A stretch of DNA of 64,000 bases from Antedon mediterranea (taxonomy: Eukaryota > Animalia > Echinodermata): NCBI RefSeq assembly GCF_964355755.1, contig NC_092678.1:450422-514421 (forward strand), given 5' to 3'. Under the pieces are notes generated by a model. It was not told the origin of the DNA. It did no database searches and saw nothing but the letters and a program-made list of their open reading frames with translations. Shown one piece after another: positions 22,293 to 34,300 of the stretch. The translations under genes and the position numbers were made by a program. Every line of letters begins with the position of its first letter. The stretch's first letter is position 1.

Positions 22293-25200
22293 TCAATAGG
22301 TGTTTTTTAACCTCTTATTTTCCTCTCTCAGTCTCTCAATTTCACTCAACAATCCTTCATTTACTGAATAGTGTTCAAGCATCTCCTTCATTTCCATCTG
22401 AAAGACAAAATAACAAAATGATGTTAATTCAAATAAAAATACATTTTACTTGGCCTTGTTTGTTAATATATATTTCAACTGGGCGACCTCTTTAGTCAGA
22501 GACTTGTCTCCCAGAGGGCCAAGTATGATCAGTGGCTGTGTACACCATCTTTGAAGATGTACTAGGTTCTTTAAAGTGCACATGAGCCAGATGTATACAC
22601 TAGACATACGGTTTATAGTCCTTATCCAAGAAGACTCGTTCTACCACCAGAACCATGGAGAGTGGGCCTGGAATCCTTGCCAATGTTATGGCTACATAAT
22701 TACGGTTTCACTGTCTTAACAGCTCGCCAACTCTCTCACTTTACAAGTTCATAAAATGAATGTTAATAGTAACAGTGAGAAAACAATATTTATAATTAGA
22801 TGCTACAAATAAACTATTTGTTACTATAGAATTAGCAATGAAAAAATAATATAAATATACCTTGTGAATCTGAAACTGTCGGAGCATTTCCAATTGCAGG
22901 TTACGGACGTCTCGATGAATTGAATCCCTACAAAGAAAATGCCATATAAACTAAGAACAAAAAAAAATGAAATTATATAACAACACATTAGATAAATTGT
23001 TTCTGGTAAGATGATTTCTCACTATTGATCTTCACATATGTATATTCTTATCATAATCTTCTATATTGCAAGATTCTACTCATCCCATGCATAATGTATT
23101 TGAGGTGTTATGTAGCAGTAGACAAATAGGTTTCTTTCAGCAATTATCCATCTGCCATTCGGGCACTGAATGCTTGTCAGTATACCGTACAAGAGTCATG
23201 TGACACTTCACATTTTTTTTTTATATACTGTAATTATATCTGTTTTTGTTTATCTCGGAGCAAACATAATTTCTATGTATATTTTATGCAAGTGACAATA
23301 AATGGCAGTAATTTTCCACTGATGAATGAATGAATAATAATAATAAATTATATTCAAGTCAATATTTGAAAAAACCTATAAAATTCACCTAAATTCTTCT
23401 AATGAATCATCAATCATGTTTTTAATGAAGTCCACTTGAAATGTGTTCAAGCCAGCTGGAGGTTGGTTTGTAGAAAGTGCTGCTATAGAGCGTTCAGGTG
23501 CTACATCACCAGTGGGTCCACTAGAATGAGCAGAGGAAGAGGTGTAAGTTGAACTTATGGCGGGCGGAACTTGTGGATCGGCAGGTAACCTTGTTGAAAT
23601 ACCATCTGCAAGAAAACGTTATCAATTTTAAATTGAGGAGAAAAGTGTGTTAAAAATTACAGATTTAAATTACAGATGTGAAATACCAAGTGTGACTACA
23701 CTATCAACATTATGTAAAAAAAAAATATATGGACATGATGTCATATCACTACAATATTTGGGTACATCACTACCATATTTGGGCACATCACTACCATATT
23801 TGGGTACATCACTACCATATTTGGGTACATCACATTTGTTTGATAGTATAGAAAGAGCTTAAGAATGTGACTAAAGAATGTGATTACTTGGTAAAACAAA
23901 CTGGTCCTCAAACTTACTTTTTGAATCAATGTTATTAACTTTATTTGTAATTCCAGGAGGCCTACGACTTGAATCTTCCAGTCTTCCAGTGTTTTCCATC
24001 TTATTAGAGCCACTTATAACACCAGGCCTGGTAGAAGACTCTTCCGGCTTAGAGATCTCCACCCTACTTGAAGCAGCTGTCGTGCTAGGCCTATCAGATG
24101 TCTTCTCCATATGCGAGTTCTCAGCAGTACTGGGAGGATTCACCCTGAACTGTGTGGTGTCTAGATCTAATGAGCCTACAGAAGACCGGCCTGGACTTTT
24201 CCTGGCACTCCTTGGTGATAACCCTGTATTCCTACTTCTAGGACTTAACCCTGTAGGCTTTAAAGGAAAAGATTTCAATTGTTATTGACTCTTATTAGAT
24301 TTAAATCATCATCTAACGAGGGCGTGTGGCACAGTGTGTTGGACGATGGACTACCGTGAGATTGTGCGTTCGAATCCAACTCTCGTCGCATTGCTTGTAT
24401 CCTTAGGCAAGATACTTTACTTACGTTTGCCTCTCTCCACCCAGGTGTATAAATGGGTACCTGGTTAGATCAAGACACAACTTTGCGCTGATTACCAGCT
24501 GCATTATGGGAGTATGTTTCCATGTGACTGAGGTAATAATGTGCATTGTGCAATAAATGCTATAAAAATAATATTATTAACTTCAACATTGATTAATAGG
24601 TAACTTACAGTAGAAGGTCCAGATGCACCTCCACTTAATATAACATCATTTATGATTGGTTGTTTTGCCAGATATGAGGTGGGACTAAGGCTGACAGAAC
24701 CAACCGGATTGCCTCTTGTATATGGGACAGTGTCACCAAGTGGGGAAAACACACCTAGAAAAATAAAAAGTTGAATTTCATTTATTTTTTTCAGTATTAA
24801 TAAAAAATACTTCTGCCCGCAACTCAAGTTATCAATTATAGGTAGACACTTAATGTGAACAAATTAAATAATAATAATGGTAGTGTTATATAGCGCCTAA
24901 TACAATGTTTCTAATCGCTTTACACACAAAAATGATCCATAAAATATCTTAAGATACTAAAAAAAGAAGAAAAGCATTCCCACCGCTTGTCTATTGAACA
25001 AAACTAATTGGTTATATTCATTCAGTGGGATAGTTGTTGTACACTTACCTCCTAAGCTATCTGTTCTAGGTGCAGAAGCCTTTCCCAGCACTTCTGGCCT
25101 GGTGGAGAACCCATTGGATAGTGTATCCTTGCTTGGCATTGCTGTAGCTAAAGAAACAAATATGTAATAATAATAATAATGTACTACTACTTATCAATCA

Positions 25201-28200
25201 CCTTATAATAATATTTGTCTATTGCATAAAATAATCAATTGTCAGTATTCAACAAAATTACAGTTGGTTTGTCTGTCTGTCCTTACCTTCTCGAACTGGT
25301 GAGAATAAAACATCTGTACTTTGGTCCTTATTAGTGGTGTCTGGTGGCGCTTGTCGTGTTGCTGATCCATTAAGCAAGGCTTCTTTGTTTATTTGTTTAC
25401 CAGGTTTCATGCCGTTTTTTAACACACTTGTCACTTGAGGCTCACCGGCTATCAGCTTGCTTCTTGTTGAAGCAGTTGAGGGTGCTTTCACATCAGAACT
25501 ATCGCTCTTTGTATGAAAAAGAAATTTTACAAAATTAGATTAGGTTAGATCGGAGAGAAAACAAGGATTTCAAATGAGTATAAATTCATCGTTTGGATCA
25601 TACGCTAAATTAGTTCACATCGTGGAAAAACAAGAATGAGCCTATCAACTCATCTATAGAAACCCCAGACACAAATAAAGAAGAATATTAACTCATCCTT
25701 TAGATCATTTGCTAAAGTAGAACACAACTGTGGGAAGATGGGTGTGTTAAAGTGGTCAAGTAGTGGTATAGAAATCCCAAACACAAATAAACAGAATGCC
25801 ACTATATAAATGTAAAACAAATTCTAAACATAAGTGCTGGAGTACCTTATTGTTTGTAGCTTTTGAAAATGCTACGGTTTGTACGGAGGTCTTGTGCGCA
25901 CTGAGAACCTTAATTGGTAGCGCCCCCATGCGTAGGTCATACACAAGTACTTTCCCACGTGTCGTGCCTGCTGCTAGAGTCGCTCCATCTGTGGCAAACG
26001 CCATGGACGTGAGCGGTGCATCTGCTGTAAACGTCTTGATGGTACTACAGAAATTAAACAATAAAATAGTGCTACCACCTGTGTTGTCATGCAAATAACC
26101 AAGTGTGCAAAAGTAATCTGACTATTTATATGGCAATCTTAAGCTCTGTCTACACTATCAACCTTTATGTAATGTGCCCATATATGGACATGATGATGTC
26201 ATATCACTACCATATTTGGGCACACCACATTTTGTTGTCAAACTAGTTTGATAGTGTAAACAGAGCTTAAGAATCCTGCTCACCTTTTAGCCTGTACACT
26301 GTAACATACGATTCTCTTATCAAGGCCTGCGCTTGCAAGCAGCATGTCATTCACAGGTGAAAAACTGAGGGCAGTAGCAGGTGCTCTGTGGGAATCGGTA
26401 AAAGTAGCCACACACTTGCTGGCATTGGTATCCCACATGTTCAATGCACCATCATCCGATACCGATGCCAATAACGATTTCTTGAAGTACGAATAGCCAA
26501 CTTGTTGTATAGACTAAAGAAAAGAACATTAAACTATGAAACAATAAAATAAAATGTTGTGAGAAAATTCATTCATTAGTAAATAGTACAGAGCAACACA
26601 AACACCAAAAAAACCCTGCTGTAAAGAAAATATAATATGTGTGTTAAGCTCTGTCTACATTATCAAACTAGTTTGACAACAAAAGTACCCAAATATGGTA
26701 GTGATATGCCCAAAAATGATATGATATGACATCATCATGTCCATATATGGCACATCACATTTTTTGATAGTGTAGACAGAGCTATAGGCAGCTTTGGGTT
26801 AATTAATTCGGATTTCTTCAAAGAAAACAGTAAAACATACCTGTGTACCTGGTGAAACGAGAGGTTTAATGGCCACACCTGACACAACACTATGCAGGTA
26901 TATCTCACCATTGGCTGATCCAGAGGCTAGGTAAGTGTCGTTCCAGTTGAAACGAACGCAGTTGACAGTGTCTTGATGACCCTTGAAAGAAAACAACATT
27001 AAAATGTCATCAACAAAATATATTAACTGATTGTTAAAAAATAATAAATGTTTTGTCCACCTGCTGGAGCTCTTCAAAAGAATTAATGCTTTATTTTTGA
27101 TCCATTAAATTACTTTAGCAAAAGATTTAGTTTTTTTGAGATTCTTGTGTACTTTATTCAATCATTCAGAGTAATTTTGTTTAGTCATAATAATGACAAC
27201 CATAATAACGTTTAGTACAGTGATTTTTACAAAAATAAAAATTAAATAAAACATATATACAGTTATTATTTACAATAATGATAATATAATAGTGGTTAAA
27301 TTATTTTAATAAGTAACGTAGCTCTTATTCTCAATATTATAAAATCAAAAAATTAAAATAAAGGTGCATAGCATGGTATAAATGAAGATCTTGAGTACAC
27401 CATGTATAAGTATCCGCCAATGACAGCCATGTGACTTCAGAAGATGACGGCTACAAGAACAGTAGCAGTGATTATTTGAATACATCAACCTTACCCTGTA
27501 TGTTTTAATACATGAATCTTACCCTGTATGTTTTCTTCAATTTGCATGACTTTGTGTCCCATACTTGAACAAGTTGGTTCTTGCCAGCACTGGCTAGGTA
27601 TCGTGAGTTACTGTTTAATGTTACACACGTTGGTTTGGACTGAAAACAAACAAACAATGGATAGATAGATACCAAATAAGACACATTTACACTTTGAGGG
27701 CCTCATGCATGTCATCCTTGGCTGTTATTAGTCACCCTCCCCTTGGCTGTTATTAGTCACATCCTTGGCTGTTATTAGTCACCCTCCTTAAACAAAGTTT
27801 AATAAAAACGAGTTTAAACACACTATCCTACTATTATCCTACTCTAGACTAGGTTTCAGGCTGGTTTCCAGTACTGTGTTATTTTTAGAGCGGTTAACAG
27901 ATAAAACCACCTTCAGACGCAAAATATAAATACATCCTATATAGCTACACTGAGCCCGGATTCCAGTCCGGTGGCCGGAGAAAAAAATCGTAGAAAACAG
28001 GTTTAATGTTAAAGAATAGAAGCGTTCACACCGGATTTTGTACGGATTTGATCAGGTGCACAGATTTCTGTGCAATGGATCTGAGAATCCGGTTTGAGTG
28101 TGAACATAGCTTAAAAAAGCATGAATAAAAAACTTACATTTTCTGCTACTTGGATGACAGGACTCGCTTTGGTTTTAACAAAACTTAAAACCACTTTATC

Positions 28201-28712
28201 AGTACATGTTGAAGCACTGGCAATGAGCTGATGTAAGATAGAGTTAAGGATACAAACAATTACACATGTGCAAGTAAAATATCAATTAATATCTAGGACA
28301 CAACCTTACAACACATGCAAGAAACTAACATTATTTCCAAAAAAAAAATGAACTAAATCCTTTTCTTTTGTTAAGGCCAACTCAGACAGCAACATAAGAC
28401 CAGGCTCGACGAGTCGTCTCATCAGGAGAAAATAAACATGTTTGACGTTCTCCCGAGATTCAGCAGCCATAATGCCCGCAATGCCTAAATATGTTAGTTG
28501 ATGGTAATAATAATAATAACAGGATTTTTATAGGATAAAGAATCATATCTGAAAGCTAAATTTATATAATAACTTAGGATATTATTATGACTCCAGCAGA
28601 TGTCGGAGATACCACTGCTGTGAGGGTTGTACTGGTCAGTAACTGAGAAACTCTTCAAGTCCCATATCTTGATGTCATCTCCAGCAGTAGCTAGCTTGAA
28701 ATCTTCAGCCAT
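22293..28712 (-). CDS. NEDD1: NEDD1 / GCP-WD, gamma-tubulin ring complex targeting WD40 protein
   Basis: Exons 28712-28583, 28232-28138, 27639-27523, 26981-26841, 26513-26284, 26044-25846, 25506-25287, 25147-25049, 24754-24609, 24257-23888, 23605-23388, 22927-22861, 22397-22293. LATAGDDIKIWD start, WD40 repeats, C-terminal FIKNMIDDSLEEFR..NLQLEMLRQF..EIERLREENKRLK. Middle low-complexity exon borders less sure. Confidence 0.93.
22470..22739 (-). mobile_element. tRNA-derived SINE family B
   Basis: Shared body TTCTTTAAAGTGCACATGAG...ACCAGAACCATGGAG with other copies; A/B-box-like head clearer in copies at 38384 and 53367. Confidence 0.75.
23694..23862. mobile_element. MITE family A copy with internal 21-bp unit amplified x4
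   Basis: CATCACTACCATATTTGGGTA repeats between family TIRs. Confidence 0.8.
24318..24580 (+). mobile_element. tRNA-derived CORE-like SINE
   Basis: Box A-like TGGCACAGTG, box B GTTCGAATCC, then TCCTTAGGCAAGATACTTTAC...GCCTC...TGTATAAATGGG resembling the MIR/CORE domain; AT-rich tail. Confidence 0.75.
26139..26270. mobile_element. MITE family A copy, TTAA on both sides
   Basis: TTAA-GCTCTGTCTACACTATCAA...TTGATAGTGTAAACAGAGC-TTAA. Confidence 0.85.
26644..26784. mobile_element. MITE family A copy (opposite orientation)
   Basis: Family TIRs and reverse-complement core. Confidence 0.8.
27716..27790. repeat. Short tandem repeat CCTTGGCTGTTATTAGTCAC x3
   Basis: Direct repeats visible. Confidence 0.85.
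28233..28582 (-). other. U12-type AT-AC intron of NEDD1
   Basis: 5' ATATCCT, branch site TCCTTAAC (28250-28243) 10 nt before terminal AC; splicing restores frame. Confidence 0.92.
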
Positions 28713-28919
28713 GTGAACTTTAAGATTTGTTTGGCAGATGCATCAATATAAATTATTCTAATGAATAAAGAAGAGTTATATAATTAAATGAAACATTGAA
28801 AGACACTGTTATTAGCCTTTAGGAAAAAAAAAAAGGAAACAAAATTGTCATCGCAATGATGATAATAACTTAAACAATTGCACGAAGTTGCATGAATTGT
28901 TATTAATATTATTAATAAT

Positions 28920-29520
28920 GAAACTAGGCCTTGCCCTTTAGTTAGTTAGCCTGGCCTAGTTAGTTAGCCTGGCCTATAGTTAGGCCTAGGTCAGAATCAA
29001 TTTAAAAAAAATGTCTTATTATTTTCAAAAATTAAACTTCTTCTGCACTGTACTATTTATGGCTGAGGCCTAGCATAAACAGAAAGCAAACTAGTATCCC
29101 TCTTGTCCCAGCCTTTGACGTACGATATGTGTGAGAATTCTAGGCCTACTTACTACTAGGCCTAGTACGGCACTGGCCCGCGTACACTAGCCTACCTCCT
29201 GTCAAGAATTTTAAGAAATCTAGAAGGTAGCTAGGCCTAAAGGGCCTAAGACTATAATCGGCTGCTAAAAACTACAAAATGTGTAAATATCTCGGCCTAA
29301 AATACATGGTCAACACTAATAGTACAATACCTGTCAATTAATGAACTACAATTCGCTGATAAATGATTATTTTCTATCAATTTCTGATAATGTTTTGGTC
29401 ACTTGTTGTTCAAACCGCCATTTTCATTTCACAAATTGAAGGCAAACCGCCAAACAAATTCATGAACGTCGTTTTGAAAACAGCGCACAATGTGTGGCGT
29501 TTTTTTTCCAATCAATTTTC
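28920..29520 (-). promoter_or_regulatory. Putative NEDD1 promoter and non-coding first exon
   Basis: Candidate donor CAG|GTATTG near 29330, YY1-like CCGCCATTTT at 29415-29424, GGCCTA cluster, acceptor near 28758. No transcript data. Confidence 0.5.
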
Positions 29521-31376
29521 AATACAAAAATAATGAAACATATAATTTTCAGACGAAGCTCACTTTATTTTATTAAAAAACAGAAACAAAGTACATTTTT
29601 TACAATATGAGTTAAAAACCAAAATACAGTTGTGTGTATTTGCATAGAGATATTATAATATCTCTATGGTATTATGCAATTAATACTGTTGCATAGAATA
29701 TTTCCTGTTGTGAAAAATTAAATACAATTGGTGATTGTTGGAGTATCATGGTATCAGAATTTAACGCAATTCAGCACTGATCCAAAACCACAGACTCGAA
29801 GCTCAATGTATTCAAATGCCAAACTTCTGATATTAAGGTACGCCAAACAAATTTAGTATTGTGAAGGGGTATGTAAAATAATAACGTCATTATGCAGAAC
29901 ACAGATAATTTCTTAAGATAATAATAAACCAATTTAGTGTCAAGACACAAGAATACATGTATGTTAGTATGTTTATACATTTTAAATACTTACTAAAAAT
30001 AATTGGGTCATAAAATATATAGTATTGTATTTACATTTTAAACATAATAATAAATATGGTTATAATTGAAAGATAATTAAATAAACACAGCATGCATCTA
30101 AACTGTGAATTACTAAATTGTCTGAAAAATAAACATCTAAATTGAAACAAATGTTTACTCTTCTTATTCAGGTGTACAGTAAGCACTGCAGCACATCAGA
30201 ATATAGTCAGCCACATTGTATGTTCATTCAGGGACTTCTACTTCATTTTAATCTCTAGAAAGTTCAGTTGTACCAGTACATTTAACATAAATTAACTACA
30301 AATTAATGTGACTCAAATAACATAAATAGTTACATTAACTTAACATTAATGTAATACAGTAATACACAATTTTAAGATTACTAAATATATTGTGCCAATA
30401 TCGACAAACTACTTAATATCATATCAAATAAATAACAGATTTGTAGCATAAAAATAAACCTCACCATTATGTTTTTAAAAATACTTTTTCTTATACACTT
30501 TAGAATAATATACAAAATTGATAACACAGTATGTGATCGATTAAAAAGTGAAGAAAATATCTCTTAGTAATAGTATTGATAAATATATACTTAAGCTTGG
30601 TTCCCACTACAGTAGGTAAATATATATTAATTGTCCTAAAGATAACTTTTATAATTCTTTATTCCCTCTACCTTTTTAAAACAATACTGTAACTATTTAC
30701 TTAACACACTATATTGTACATGGTGTGATGTCATCAATAGGTCAGGAGAGGTCAGGAGATGGCAGGTAAGTTAAAACATATTGCGCAATATAAGCAGCAC
30801 ACTGTACACACACAAATAAACTCATGTTTAAAATTAATATTAAGAAATGACATTAATCCAAATAAGAATATAAACATTCTGAAACCGACACTGTTGATTG
30901 GCTGAAAAAAGACAGCTGTCTTAATAATTGAATTCAATAGTACCATATGTAATAGTACCATATGCAATAGTACCACACAACCTACAAACATGCTATTGTA
31001 TTAAAAATGTTTATAAAATTGTTGGCGAATTACTCTCACCAGTAATAATGTGTTATTATTCTTGTATTTTTACACAAAATACAACACTTCTGTAAAATGA
31101 TGTCAAAGTATACACTACATACACCAGGAATGATTTTACTGTACAAACTTAAGCACTATAATCCCTCAGACGTTAGTAGATACTTAAAATAGCCAAGAGT
31201 TGAAGTCGAATGGAAATTCTGTCTTCAGCAGTATTCTCTATTCTATCCATTTGTACATGAAACGTAGGAATGGCAATGTTAGTAGGCCTACTCTACACCA
31301 TACCATCATCTTAGCTCATCCAGGCTTCAGCCTACTGTACGTTACTTAAGACTGTCTGCTACTTAAGCACATTCTG

Positions 31377-34300
31377 TCAGTGGTTTTTAAGTACAGTCTG
31401 AAGGTCCTCTGGTAGTGAATGTATAATGTTGTCAATTTGTCTTTTTAATTGGTTCAGTAATTCTGGCTTTACATGAATGTCATGATGCAATACATTGTCC
31501 TACAAAATAAAAAAATCATATTTCAGTGGAGAAAACGAAAGAAAGTTACTGGTTATCAAAAAGGTGCGTCAAAGCGTCGCCTCAAAGATGAAAACAGAAG
31601 TCTATGCCAGCACCCCAACTGTCGTATGGGGATACATTCACGTTCAATAACTAACAAAAGTGCTTACATTTGATTCTGAGAGCACAGCACATTCTGTATA
31701 AAGCTCTGTCTACACTATCAAACTAGTTTGAAAAATAAAGTGTGCCCAAATATGGTAGTGACATGCCTAAATATGGTAGTAATATGACATCACCAGCACA
31801 TTTTGTATCAAACTTACCACTCGTTCTCTTAACTTAAGTATAAGATCAACAATCTCAACTTCTCGTTTGTCTTTTATCCAATCAACAAGGTTCGCTGAGC
31901 ACACCGCTTCAAGATGGATCAGCGACAACTTCTGGTTCACTTCTTTCTGACGATGATGTAACCAACCTTCAAAATTACCCGATATGAAGAATTTCCTAAA
32001 AAAGATTGAAGAAAATAAAGCGTTTAAATCATTACACCAAATCAACTTTTCTTTAGAATCCAGAAAAGAATCAAACTTACTTGTACAATCCTTCCCAGTC
32101 ACCTTTTAATCCAGACGTCAGTTGCGGCCCAGAATGTTCTAGGGTTTTTAAAAACGCTTCAATCTCAAATTCTTTTAAACGAGGAGGACCCTAAAAAACA
32201 CACATCATTATTAATATTTAAAAATTAAATTGAAGCGATACAGAATTTACACCGCCCTCTGTAATATTTTAGGCGCATGGATGGTAAATCTTCTGAGAAT
32301 AACACATATACTCCTATTTGAAACTACATATAAAACAAAATGGTATTTTCTTTTTTTAATTTGTTATTTATTTATACTGGTTAACCTCTTCAGCCCAGTT
32401 ATGATCAGTGGCTGTGTGTAACAGTGACTGTGTGTGTATACTACTAGTGTAACCCCCTACTCATCTTGAAAGATAATAATAATAATAATAAACAATATTT
32501 ATATAGCACCTATTGGATCACTGACCCCTCTAGGTGCTTTACATTAGACCCTAACTAATGGTAATAAACTATCCCCCGCCGGACACCATTGCGGTATTTC
32601 TTAGTCGAGGTTTCGGGGATGTACAGGTTCTTTAAAGTGCACATGAGCTAGATGTGTTGATGACTTGTTTTACCACCAGAACCATGGAGCGAGTGAGCCT
32701 CAAACCCTTGCCGATGTTCTGGCTACGTAATTACAGTTACTAGAGATACTGCTTTGTACCTGGCAGACAACATATAAAACAAAATGCTAAGTTACAGATA
32801 CAGCTTACCTTCCATGGTGATACATTTCGCTGTAGGGGCATCAGACTTGCTAAGTACCGCTCAAGTGGTATCATGAAGCTCTGCGTAAGTTCTAGTAGGT
32901 GGCGTCTTAGAATCGCATCTTGTACTTCAGACGGCCTCTTGGTTTGGATACCCTGAAAAAGAAACAAATGCTATAGATTTAAGCTCTGTCTTCACTATCA
33001 AATTAGCTTGACAAAAAAGGTTTCATGTGCCCAAATATGGTATGGATATGACATCCTCATATCCATGCTGACTCTTGTAGTTACAGTAATCAGTCCCTGA
33101 CCAATTCATGTCTTTTACATTATGGTTTGTTCGTCAAATAAATTAATTGAAATATAAGGCAAATGGGACTAGACAATGTAATACTTAGTATTTTATTTAT
33201 GTTAGTTAATATAACTTGCGATTGTCTGATGAGAAATTCAATTCAATTTATTCTGGCTTTTAAAATACAAACAATAACACATACATCACACATGATAGAC
33301 CCAATTAAATTACAAATAACAAATAACCTACCTTAGCTAACTTCTTAGTAATAGTTTTGTCCTTTTGGAGGTATGGCTTGTACTGTGTGTACACACCTGA
33401 GAAAAAGACAAAATAAGGTATGGTTTACACTGCGTGTACACACCTGAGAAAAAGACAAAATAAGGTATGGTTTACACTGTGTGTACACACCTGAGAAAAA
33501 GACAAAATAAGGTATGGTTTACACTGTGTGTACACACCTGAGAAAAAGACAAAATAAGCTATGGTTTACACTGTGTGTACACACCTGAGAAAAAGACAAA
33601 ATAAGGTATGGTTTACACTGTGTATACACACCTGAGAAAAAGACAAAATAAGGTATGGTTTACACTGTGTGTACACACCTGAGAAAAAGACAAAATAAGG
33701 TATGGTTTACACTGTGTGTACACACCTGAGAAAAAGACAAAATAAGCTATGGTTTACACTGTGTGTACACACCTGAGAAAAAGACAAAATAAGGTATGGT
33801 TTACACTGTGTATACACACCTGAGAAAAAGACAAAATAAGGTATACTAAAAACAAATTCAATTTTGAGGTATATGTTACTGAACCATATTAGTACTGTAT
33901 TATGACAGCAATGGTTGTGTGAGGTATATGTTATTGAACCATATTAATACTGTATTATGAGGTCTATGTTATTGAACCATATTAGTACTGTATTATGAGG
34001 TATATGTTATTGAACCATATTAGTACTGTATTATGACAGCAATGGTTGTGCCAGACTGTGATAAATTTACCAAATAAGGCCACCTGTTACTGTATGTTAA
34101 ATAAGGCCACCTGGTCCTGTATGTTAAATAAGGCCACCTGTGAAATAGTACTGAAATGGAATACAAATAATATTGACATACCTGGTTTAGACTCTAATGT
34201 CTTCATACTACTGGTCTTCTTAGGTTTTAATACTTTAGGATTACTTTTGTCTAAAATGAAGTAAATGTTTATTTCATTCACACATACTAACAATAGTTGC

